From Cytophagales bacterium (GTDB lineage: Bacteria; Bacteroidota; Bacteroidia; Cytophagales; UBA9547): a stretch of DNA of 40,716 nt. Each line of letters starts with the position of its first letter. Position 1 is the stretch's first letter. The position numbers and the translations under genes were made by a program. The DNA is taken from NCBI GenBank assembly GCA_044349205.1, contig JBIKRJ010000002.1, forward strand, positions 1 to 40,716, read 5' to 3'. Positions 7,818 to 15,750 of this stretch are shown in pieces. Under the pieces are notes generated by a model. It saw only the letters and a list, made by a program, of their open reading frames with translations, ran no database searches and was not told where the DNA came from.

Positions 7818-10178
7818 ATGTCAATAGTTGATTTTTGGGGGGTTATGTCAAAAATGAGTCGCTTCATGTTGCTTATTTTGTGCGCTATTTCTTTTTTTGT
7901 TGTTCTCCCTTTTCACACCCAAGCACAAAATGCAAAGGAAGAAGCCGTGTACGAGCTCTTTGATGTATCGCTTGAAGAACTGCTTAACATTGGGATGGTA
8001 TCGGCGTCTAAAAGAAAACAGAGCCTTTCCGATGCACCTGCTACTGCGTACGTGTTTAGCCAAGAACAAATACGGGCAAGAGGATATACCAACCTTTCGG
8101 AACTATTGGAAGATGTGCCCGAAATAGAAGTACAACGCAATTCTAACCCCGAATTTCGAAACATCTTTACCTTCAGGGGCATATCGGGCAATGAGAAGTT
8201 TTTGATATTGCTGAACGGGGTACGCATTACCCCTGCTACAGGCGACAGCTACACGCTGGGTAGTAATTTTTCGTTGAACAATGCCAAAAGGGTGGAAGTA
8301 ATTTTAGGCCCAGCTTCGGCTTTGTACGGGGTCGATGCGTTTAGCGGAATCGTCAATATCATTACCCGTTCTCAAGAAACAAATGAATACCGAGAGGTGG
8401 AAACCAGCAGTTCGTATGGCATGTACAACAGCAGCAACAATTCATTTACAGCTGGAACAAAAGTAGGCAAACTGGCTTTTTCTATTTCGGGCAACATGTA
8501 CGCTTCTGACGAACCCAACTACCAAAAAACAAACCCCGAACAGTTTAAATGGTACAACAACTACACCGAAAAAAATGGCATCATCGTAGAATCGCCCTTT
8601 TACCAACGCATCAATACGTTGCAAGCCTTTCAATACAGTGCGGGTGGGAGCTACAATGGCAACCCGCTTTCGGTACAGTTTGGTATGCCCACCCGCTCGC
8701 ATTTTTTCAATGCCGATTTGAGCTATTCCAATTTCAATATTGGCTATGTACGCCATTACGAAAGCCACAGTTCGGCCTACGGTATCGACCCTCGGTTTAC
8801 CCTGTACGATGCCTCAAGTTTTGTGGGACAAACCCAAGAAGTGGTGTATGGAAAACATAGTTTTACTTCTTTCAATAAAAAATGGGGCTTGCAAAGTAGT
8901 TTTATGCAAAGCAATTATGAAACAAACCCCGAAAGTCATTTTGCCAATGCCTCTTCAAGATGGCAACGAGGCTACATCTACTCGTTTGGACAGAGCTCGC
9001 GTGTAGAGGAACAGTTCAACTATGAGTTTTCGAGCCGTGTGTCGCTAGTAGCAGGAGTTTTGTACGAAAACCTGTCGGCCTTGCCACGCACTGGCCTATC
9101 TCAAAAGCCTTTTGACAAAAACCAACCCGGACAATTACAAGAAATTTACTTCATAGGTGCAGCAGGTTACAAACCCATAGCAGTTAGCGACAAGGCTGTA
9201 TTCAACGATTCATTGGCTATAAAACAAAATTTTTACAATTTGAAGTACCAAAACTATGGCGGTTTTGCACAGTTTCAGTTTAACCCGTGGAAAATATGGG
9301 AAATAACCTTGGGTATGCGCTACGATTACAACACCCGTTTTGGTGGGAGTTTCAACCCAAGAGCTGGACTCGTTTTCTTACCCAACAAAAAGTTCAGGTT
9401 TAAAGTGTTATACGGCGAAGCCTACCTTGCTCCTTCGCCCCAAAAGGCCTACCAACAAGCGGGAGCTTTTTATTCCTACGACCCCAACAGCAGGGTGCTT
9501 GTAGCCGACTATTTTCGAGTACCCAATGCCAACCTAAAGCCCGAAAAACTGCGTGAGCTGGAAGCCAATACTTCTTACATGTTTACAAGCAACTTTTCCA
9601 TAGGCATCAATGGATTTTACACGCGTGTGGAAAACTTGATTGATTTTTTTGGCACCGCTACCAACAATTTGGCACCTTCCAACATCAAAGCATCTAAACT
9701 AGAAACCTCATTGAACAGGGGCACATCTGAAATGTACGGCGGAACTTTTAAAGCAAACTTTATGCACAAAATTTCGAACATCAACTTCAGTTGGTTTGCC
9801 TCCTACAGCTACATAGATGGAAACATAAACAATGGCCCTCTGCTACTTACCGCACAAAATACGGCCAAAGGTGGAGTAGAAATTACCACAAAACGTTGGG
9901 CAATTACACCAAAGCTGCTATACCGTGACCAATCGCTCAGCTCCCAACAAGAACCTATCAGCAATGCCTATTTTACCAACGATGCCTACACTGTTTTGCA
10001 TCTTTATGCCCACTATTTGTTAATAAACAAGGCGCAATATAAATTTCGCTTATCGGCAAAAGTAAACAACCTGACCAACACCAAGTATTACAATGTTTTT
10101 GCCGGAAACGAAGAAGGAATGGGCTTCACTCCACAAGACCCTGTAAGAGCCAGCTTGGGAATAAGCTTAGAACTTTGA
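7818..10178 (+). CDS. TonB-dependent outer-membrane receptor (plug plus 22-strand barrel type), not SusC-like
   Basis: Signal peptide (MSRFMLLILCAISFFVVLPFHTQAQ; the true start may be the ATG at 7845 or 7854). Plug-domain motifs: LEELLNIGMVSASKRKQSLSDAPATAYVFSQEQI, NLSELLEDVPEIEV, VEVILGPASALYGVDAFSGIVNIIT. The remainder is rich in beta-strand, Tyr and Gly, including YGEAYLAPSP and NLTNTKYYN. Confidence 0.8.
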   Translation: MSIVDFWGVMSKMSRFMLLILCAISFFVVLPFHTQAQNAKEEAVYELFDVSLEELLNIGMVSASKRKQSLSDAPATAYVFSQEQIRARGYTNLSELLEDVPEIEVQRNSNPEFRNIFTFRGISGNEKFLILLNGVRITPATGDSYTLGSNFSLNNAKRVEVILGPASALYGVDAFSGIVNIITRSQETNEYREVETSSSYGMYNSSNNSFTAGTKVGKLAFSISGNMYASDEPNYQKTNPEQFKWYNNYTEKNGIIVESPFYQRINTLQAFQYSAGGSYNGNPLSVQFGMPTRSHFFNADLSYSNFNIGYVRHYESHSSAYGIDPRFTLYDASSFVGQTQEVVYGKHSFTSFNKKWGLQSSFMQSNYETNPESHFANASSRWQRGYIYSFGQSSRVEEQFNYEFSSRVSLVAGVLYENLSALPRTGLSQKPFDKNQPGQLQEIYFIGAAGYKPIAVSDKAVFNDSLAIKQNFYNLKYQNYGGFAQFQFNPWKIWEITLGMRYDYNTRFGGSFNPRAGLVFLPNKKFRFKVLYGEAYLAPSPQKAYQQAGAFYSYDPNSRVLVADYFRVPNANLKPEKLRELEANTSYMFTSNFSIGINGFYTRVENLIDFFGTATNNLAPSNIKASKLETSLNRGTSEMYGGTFKANFMHKISNINFSWFASYSYIDGNINNGPLLLTAQNTAKGGVEITTKRWAITPKLLYRDQSLSSQQEPISNAYFTNDAYTVLHLYAHYLLINKAQYKFRLSAKVNNLTNTKYYNVFAGNEEGMGFTPQDPVRASLGISLEL

Positions 10179-10183
10179 AAAAT

Positions 10184-11068
10184 ATGAGCAAATACAACAA
10201 GTATATTTCAATTGTTTTGCCTATCAGTTTCGTGCTGGTCTTTTCTGCTTGCAGAAAAGAAGAGAAAATTTTGTATAAAAATGAAAAAACCACAATAGAG
10301 GGTACTTGGTATGTAGATAAAATCAAATTTTATGACCTACTAAATGGCACTTCGGAAGTCACCAATTTTTATTTTGACTCCAAACCGCTTGTCAAACAAA
10401 ATAGTTTCGATAACATGGATGCCCAATTTACCCTAAACAACGATGGGACATATTCTTCTGTAAGCCATCGATTGGGAATATATTTCGCACTGATTGGAAA
10501 CCAAAACCCTGCTACAAATCCCAATGGTAACAAGGGATTGTGGCAATTGATAGACGATGGCAAAAAAATTTACTTCGACAAAGGAATTTATGAATTTGAC
10601 GGCAACTCTCCGCGTTATTACAACATTGTGATACTAAACGAGGACTCACTACTATTCGAAACTTCTGAACCAAAAGCTGTGTACGATTGGGCCTATTTGT
10701 ATGGCACTGTAAATATGCGATTAGACTTTTACCCTCTTATTTCGAATGCATTTTGCAGTACAGGCGACGATACATACGGCGGCGCTGAATTTGCGCAGGC
10801 TTTTGGGCCTTTCCTTGGCTATAAAAATGCCACTCTCGACACGGACATCACACTCAATCCTTTTGGAATTGGACTTAGAAGAGGCCTCGTAAAAGCTTTT
10901 GAAGATATCTACAATCCTGTTGCATTGCCCAAATTCGACAGCTGCTACAAAGCTAATTTGACACCCTATTACAATTCTGGCTATGCAAATGGCCAAAATC
11001 TAAAAAACAACGTCAAATCACGCTTTTCAAAAATCACCTTCTACTTTTCACGCAAGCCAAATCCATAG
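10184..11068 (+). CDS. Lipoprotein of unknown function with a lipocalin-like domain
   Basis: Lipoprotein signal MSKYNKYISIVLPISFVLVFSAC. IEGTWYVDKIKF, NNDGTY, GLWQLIDDGKKIYF and YNIVILNEDSLLFE resemble the bacterial lipocalin-like pattern. The ATG at 10184 lies 5 nt after the TBDR stop. The ORF-track TTG at 10175 would overlap the stop as TTGA. Confidence 0.6.
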   Translation: MSKYNKYISIVLPISFVLVFSACRKEEKILYKNEKTTIEGTWYVDKIKFYDLLNGTSEVTNFYFDSKPLVKQNSFDNMDAQFTLNNDGTYSSVSHRLGIYFALIGNQNPATNPNGNKGLWQLIDDGKKIYFDKGIYEFDGNSPRYYNIVILNEDSLLFETSEPKAVYDWAYLYGTVNMRLDFYPLISNAFCSTGDDTYGGAEFAQAFGPFLGYKNATLDTDITLNPFGIGLRRGLVKAFEDIYNPVALPKFDSCYKANLTPYYNSGYANGQNLKNNVKSRFSKITFYFSRKPNP

Positions 11069-11070
11069 AC

Positions 11071-13971
11071 ATGAAATTGCGTGTAGTCATAATGCTTTGG
11101 GGAATGATAGCGAGGTGTAGTTTAGCACAAACTACTGAAGCTATACGTACTACTGCCGATTCTTTGGCTGCTACTGGGAAAAAGCATTTCCTGAAAGGAG
11201 ACTACATCAAATCGAAAGAAGATTATTTCAAGTGTTTTGCTCTGCAAAAAAAGGTTTTGAACGAAAAATCGCTTGAATACGAAGAAACCCTTTTTCTGAT
11301 TGCTGAATTGTTTCATGAAGTGGGCAATGTCACGGTGGCAGAAAAAGTTTTGCAAAACGACCTGGAGCTCATAAGCCGACATTGGGGGAAACATTCTTCA
11401 CAACATGCCCGCAGTATCGAATTGCAAGGCAGGATATGCATGGACAAAGACGAATACGAGGCTGCCGAGAACTTCCTGAAATCAGCTCACGACATTTACG
11501 AAAAGGAAAATCCAAAAAGTCTGGCGATGGCAAGCAATTTGGTGTACCAAGGGCAACTTTACTGCAACCAAGGATACTACACGGCAGCTGAAGCCTTGTT
11601 TCGCAAAGCACGATTCATTTATCACAAACATCCCGACGTGTCTTCCGAAAGTCGTTCAATGCTTTTGTTGGGTATGGGCGAATTGTACACCAAACTACAC
11701 AACTACAAAAAAGCAGTCGACATTTTCAACGAACTTATAAGCATAAACCAAAAAACCTATGGCAACGAGCACCCCTACATAGCCAAAGCCGATTTTTATT
11801 TGGGAATTATTTTCTTGGAAACTGGATATGGCCACAATGCCAAACCTCATGTTTTTGCTGCAAATGAATCATTCTCGCACTATTACGGACCACGACACCC
11901 CAAAACACTTCTAGCCAAAAGTTTGCTTGCCAAATATTACTCTTTTACGCTACAGCATGCCAAGGCCGACAGCCTGTACAAACTTGTACTCGACCAACTG
12001 GAATTTCATTCGGAAGAAAAACACATAATCAATAGTAAAATTGAAGCAGAATTGGCCATGCACCATTATCGCTTGGGAAAGTATGACGAAGCTATCGACC
12101 TACACAGAAGAAGCTTGGATGTAATCAAAGAATACTTGGAAAACTCCACCCCCTTCTACATACAAACCATCAATGACCTAAGTTTCTTGTATTGGGCTAG
12201 TGGGAAAAACTATTTGGCTGAAAACTATTTCGAAAGAAGCACGACTAATTACATTAACCAGTTCAACCGCTATTTTGCTTTTTTGAGCGAACAAGAAAAA
12301 AGCTTTTTCTATCACGACATTCGGTTGTTTTTCGACAAATACAATTCATACATCATTTCGCACTTGAAAGACAACCCCAACCTGACAAAAAACATGTACA
12401 ACAACCAATTGGCCACAAAAGCATTGCTTTTTCATACTAGCCAGGGAATACGGAAACAAGTGATGCAAACAAACGACCATAAACTGCTTGGAAAGCACAA
12501 AAATTGGGTGCGCTTGAAAGAACATTTATCTAAGTTGTACAAATTGGTTGAGGAAGATGAATCGGAAGAAAACGAACAATTGTTAGACTCACTTGAAGAA
12601 AAAGCCAATTCGCTTGAAAAAGAAATCTCTTTGCGCATTGAACTGAACAAGACAAAAGGAGTAAATGCATTGCAGGAATACAAATGGGACGACATCCAAA
12701 AATCGCTGGCAGCCGACGAGGCAAGCGTGGAAATCATAAGGGTGCAAGAATTTGAACCCGATTCAGGAGGCAAATTCAATCACGATATTTATTATGCCGC
12801 CCTTATCATAACCAAAAACACCAAAAAAAGGCCTGCCCTAGTGGTGCTAAAAAACGGGAAAGATTTAGAAGGGAAATTGCTACGCTATTACCGAAATGCT
12901 ATTCAGCACAATATGCCCGACGAATTGTCTTATCTGCATTTTTGGGAACCCATTAAGGCTTCGAAACACCTACAAAACATCAACAAAATATACATTTCCT
13001 GCGATGGGGTTTTCAACCAAATCAACATCAACACCCTCATACATCCCGAAACCCATAAAACTGTTTTTGAGGAACAAGACATTCATTTACTAAGCAATAC
13101 CAAAGACATACTGCGTCTGAAAACGAATACTGAAAAAACAAATGGGAAAACTATCCTAATGGGCTATCCCGATTATTACCATTCGCAAAAAACAGGTCTT
13201 ACAGCCCAAAAAAGCAAAGATGCCGAAACCCACCACGTGCTGCACAGAACAAGGGGGCATCACGATTTTCAAGACATCATGCGTGGCGGAAAAATTGTGG
13301 ACTTGCCCGGCACCAAAATTGAAATAGAAGAAGTTTCCAAAATATTTTCTGCCAACAACGAGCCACACGATGTTTTCATGGGAAAAGAGGCCGACGAAGC
13401 CAATTTGAAAACAATTGAAAACCCTTCCATCTTGCATATAGCCACCCACGGCTATTTTATGCCCGATACCGAAGAGGAAGACGATAGCTTGCTTTCGGAT
13501 ACCATGGTGTTTGAATCTTTCAAAGAAAATCCACTCATGCGTAGCGGTATTATGCTGATGGGCGCCGGAAATGCATACACCGATGAAACATTGGAACAAG
13601 AATTGAGTGCCGTTAAAAACTCTGAAAAATTTGAGGACGGCATTCTAACGGCTTACGAAGCCTTAAACATTAACCTTTCGGGCACAGACCTTGTCATACT
13701 TTCGGCCTGCGAAACCGGCTTGGGCGAAGTGAAAAATGGTGAAGGCGTATATGGCTTGCAAAGAGCCCTGCAAACGGCTGGCGCCAAATCTGTTATCATG
13801 AGTTTGTGGAAAGTAAGTGACCAAGCCACCAAAGAACTGATGGTAAACTTTTACAGTGAATGGGTAAAAAGTCACGACAAACGTAAGGCTTTTCGTGAAG
13901 CCCAAGCCAAACTAAAAATCGATTTTCCCGAACCTATCTATTGGGGCGCATTTGTAATGATAGGTGAATAA
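11071..13971 (+). CDS. Secreted TPR-repeat protein with a C-terminal CHAT (caspase-like) peptidase domain, paralog 2 (966 aa)
   Basis: Signal peptide MKLRVVIMLWGMIARCSLAQ. TPR-like repeats follow. The central module is shared with paralog 1 (ATKALLF, WDDIQKSLAADEASVEIIRV, YYAALIIT, LRYYRNAIQH, IYISCDGVFNQININTL). CHAT dyad motifs ILHIATHGYF and LVILSACETGLGEVKNGEGVYGLQRAL; the protein ends YWGAFVMIGE. Confidence 0.85.
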   Translation: MKLRVVIMLWGMIARCSLAQTTEAIRTTADSLAATGKKHFLKGDYIKSKEDYFKCFALQKKVLNEKSLEYEETLFLIAELFHEVGNVTVAEKVLQNDLELISRHWGKHSSQHARSIELQGRICMDKDEYEAAENFLKSAHDIYEKENPKSLAMASNLVYQGQLYCNQGYYTAAEALFRKARFIYHKHPDVSSESRSMLLLGMGELYTKLHNYKKAVDIFNELISINQKTYGNEHPYIAKADFYLGIIFLETGYGHNAKPHVFAANESFSHYYGPRHPKTLLAKSLLAKYYSFTLQHAKADSLYKLVLDQLEFHSEEKHIINSKIEAELAMHHYRLGKYDEAIDLHRRSLDVIKEYLENSTPFYIQTINDLSFLYWASGKNYLAENYFERSTTNYINQFNRYFAFLSEQEKSFFYHDIRLFFDKYNSYIISHLKDNPNLTKNMYNNQLATKALLFHTSQGIRKQVMQTNDHKLLGKHKNWVRLKEHLSKLYKLVEEDESEENEQLLDSLEEKANSLEKEISLRIELNKTKGVNALQEYKWDDIQKSLAADEASVEIIRVQEFEPDSGGKFNHDIYYAALIITKNTKKRPALVVLKNGKDLEGKLLRYYRNAIQHNMPDELSYLHFWEPIKASKHLQNINKIYISCDGVFNQININTLIHPETHKTVFEEQDIHLLSNTKDILRLKTNTEKTNGKTILMGYPDYYHSQKTGLTAQKSKDAETHHVLHRTRGHHDFQDIMRGGKIVDLPGTKIEIEEVSKIFSANNEPHDVFMGKEADEANLKTIENPSILHIATHGYFMPDTEEEDDSLLSDTMVFESFKENPLMRSGIMLMGAGNAYTDETLEQELSAVKNSEKFEDGILTAYEALNINLSGTDLVILSACETGLGEVKNGEGVYGLQRALQTAGAKSVIMSLWKVSDQATKELMVNFYSEWVKSHDKRKAFREAQAKLKIDFPEPIYWGAFVMIGE
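12985..13968 (+). other. CHAT domain of paralog 2, approximate boundaries. Putative catalytic His codon at 13447-13449 and Cys codon at 13708-13710.
   Basis: Codons were mapped by hand and are in frame with the 11071 start. An acidic stretch, PDTEEEDDSLLSD, follows the His motif directly. Confidence 0.7.
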
Positions 13972-13977
13972 AACCCT

Positions 13978-14469
13978 TTGAATAACATCCCGTTGAACCC
14001 AATCAAAATCATCATCGTGTCTTTGTTCCTTTTATCGGGAATACTTAGTTATTTGTTGTATCAGCAAAAATCGGACAGAATTTCGTCCCAAACAGGTAAA
14101 AAAGAGATGGGCTGGAATGCTGTAGCGGTCAAAAAAATGTGGGTAATAGCTCAGGGCGACACCCTAATTTTTTCAAAAAAAGACGGTATTTGGAAGCGAA
14201 ACACACAGTTCGACGGAATGGGAGAGGCCATCCAAATCTTGAATTATCTTTCAACCATGCAGTTGGAAAATGTACAGTTCCCCAATTTCAATTCCGAAAT
14301 CGAACTTCACACCTTTGACAAAGCAGGCAATCTGGTGAACAAAATAGAAATTGGACAAGGATCAAAAGCAGGAAATTGCTATGCCAGAATTAACAACGGT
14401 CAAGTTGTGGGCCTATCCAACCTACAAAACAAGACCTCATTGCGAAACTTGCTGAAAATTTCTCTTTGA
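13978..14469 (+). CDS. Small N-terminally membrane-anchored protein of unknown function, tightly coupled to CHAT paralog 2
   Basis: A TTG start lies 6 nt after the CHAT-2 stop. The N-terminus encodes one hydrophobic helix (IKIIIVSLFLLSGILSYLLY), which supports the non-ATG start. The remainder is soluble and loosely DUF4340-like (KKDGIWKR...AIQILNYLSTMQLENV); that resemblance is a tentative recollection only. Confidence 0.5.
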   Translation: MNNIPLNPIKIIIVSLFLLSGILSYLLYQQKSDRISSQTGKKEMGWNAVAVKKMWVIAQGDTLIFSKKDGIWKRNTQFDGMGEAIQILNYLSTMQLENVQFPNFNSEIELHTFDKAGNLVNKIEIGQGSKAGNCYARINNGQVVGLSNLQNKTSLRNLLKISL

Positions 14470-14527
14470 GGCTTCTATACAAGTCCAATCACTCGTTTAT
14501 TTGAGTAGGATATTTTTTTTTATTGCA

Positions 14528-14535
14528 TAACTTTG
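14528..14535 (+). promoter_or_regulatory. Candidate -7 promoter box (TAACTTTG) upstream of dnaN
   Basis: Matches TAnnTTTG 38 nt upstream of the dnaN ATG. The nearest upstream TTTG (14500-14503) gives a 24 nt spacer, which is longer than the ideal. Confidence 0.3.
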
Positions 14536-14573
14536 TCAGTCAATCTATACACCAAAAAAAACAATAAAATCCG

Positions 14574-15698
14574 ATGAGATTCATCATATCTTCTTCCTCA
14601 CTTTTAAAACAGCTCTCCAGCATAAGTGGCGTTATCGCTTCAAACCCCATTGTCCCCATTCTGGAGAATTTTTTGTTTGAAGTAAAAGAATCGACACTCA
14701 CGATTACGGCTTCCGATATGCAAACCTCCATGATTACAGAAATGGAAGTAGAATCTAAAAAATCGGGTAGCATCTGCGTGCCAGCCAAAATACTCATCGA
14801 CACATTAAAAAACCTTCCTGAACAACCGCTTACCTTTACAATCGACGAAGAAACATACAGTATTGAAATAAGTTCTGACAGAGGTAAATACAAACTTTCG
14901 GGCGAAAACGCCACCGACTTTCCAAAAGCACCCGTGATTAGCGGCGGCGATGCCTTGGAAATTCCTTCGGATATTTTGTTGAGGGCTATCAATATGACCC
15001 TTTTCGCAGCAAGCAACGACGAATTGCGCCCTGCCATGACTGGTGTTTACATTAGCATGAACGACACCAACGTAACTTTCGTGGCTACCGATGGCCATCG
15101 CCTTGTACGTTATCGCCGTGTTGACATTGCTTCAGATGCCAACACTTCAATATTAATTCCAAAAAAGGCACTCACTTTACTGAAATCATCCCTGACGTCT
15201 GACAACACTTTAGTAGTGTTGGAATTCAACACTTCAAATGCCTATTTCAGTTTTGGCAATACCAAAATGATATGCAGACTTTTGGACGAACGTTTCCCCG
15301 ATTACGAAAACGCTATTCCGGTCAACAACCCAAACAAACTAAACATAAACCGAAACGAATTTTTGAACTCATTGAAAATCACTTCGATATATGCCAACAA
15401 AACCACTCACCAAGTACGCTTGAAAATGGCAGGAAGTGAACTACATATTTCGGCCGAAGATATCGATTTTAGCAACGAAGCTAACGAAAGGCTTGCTTGC
15501 GATTTTGTAGGCGAAGACATGGAAATTGGGTTCAACGCTAAGTTTTTGTTGGAAGTGCTCAATACGATGGATGCCCACGATGTGACGGTAAACCTTTCTG
15601 CGCCCAACCGCGCGGGAGTTATTACTCCAACCACACAAAATACCAACGAAGATTTGCTAATGCTTGTGATGCCTGTAATGCTAAACAGCTATTCGTAA
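14574..15698 (+). CDS. dnaN: DNA polymerase III beta subunit (sliding clamp)
   Basis: 374 aa. Typical N-terminus MRFIISSSSLLKQL. Also RPAMTGVY, ATDGHRLV, FPDYENAIP, NAKFLLEVL and MLVMPVML. Confidence 0.95.
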   Translation: MRFIISSSSLLKQLSSISGVIASNPIVPILENFLFEVKESTLTITASDMQTSMITEMEVESKKSGSICVPAKILIDTLKNLPEQPLTFTIDEETYSIEISSDRGKYKLSGENATDFPKAPVISGGDALEIPSDILLRAINMTLFAASNDELRPAMTGVYISMNDTNVTFVATDGHRLVRYRRVDIASDANTSILIPKKALTLLKSSLTSDNTLVVLEFNTSNAYFSFGNTKMICRLLDERFPDYENAIPVNNPNKLNINRNEFLNSLKITSIYANKTTHQVRLKMAGSELHISAEDIDFSNEANERLACDFVGEDMEIGFNAKFLLEVLNTMDAHDVTVNLSAPNRAGVITPTTQNTNEDLLMLVMPVMLNSYS

Positions 15699-15720
15699 TT
15701 AATTCCCGAAAGCATAAAAA

Positions 15721-15750
15721 AAGGGCTTGAATGAGAATTTTCAAGCCCTT
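15721..15750. terminator. Bidirectional intrinsic terminator between the convergent genes dnaN and GT2
   Basis: Perfect 11 bp stem AAGGGCTTGAA / TTCAAGCCCTT with the 8 nt loop tgagaatt. It is flanked by an A-tract (15715-15720) and a T-rich tract (15751-15759). The right arm contains the GT2 stop codon (15741-15743). Confidence 0.65.

Noticed and set aside
7818-11068. SusC/SusD-type polysaccharide utilisation locus
   Set aside because: The TBDR is only 786 aa and lacks the SusC N-terminal extension. The adjacent lipoprotein is about 295 aa and lipocalin-like, not a ~500 aa TPR-like SusD. No glycoside hydrolase or hybrid two-component regulator lies in the same string.
13156-13599. 147 aa minus-strand ORF inside CHAT-2, and the similar ORFs at 11122-11611, 12432-12779 and 13663-13905
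   Set aside because: These are antisense shadow ORFs within a gene that has strong domain evidence. They have no motifs and no signal of independent expression.
2241-13971. TPR-CHAT proteins as Csx29-like effectors of a type III-E CRISPR or another cytoplasmic defence system
   Set aside because: No gRAMP/Cas7-11, Csx30/31, CRISPR array, CBASS, gasdermin or other defence genes are nearby. Both proteins carry N-terminal signal peptides, which argues for an extracytoplasmic role.
14470-14573. Replication origin or DnaA-box cluster next to dnaN
   Set aside because: There is no dnaA gene adjacent, and I saw no cluster of TTATCCACA-like boxes in this or neighbouring intergenic regions. dnaN is often unlinked to oriC in Bacteroidota.
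14540-15037. 165 aa ORF antisense to dnaN
   Set aside because: dnaN is unambiguous on the plus strand. The antisense ORF also spans the dnaN start region and has no recognisable features.
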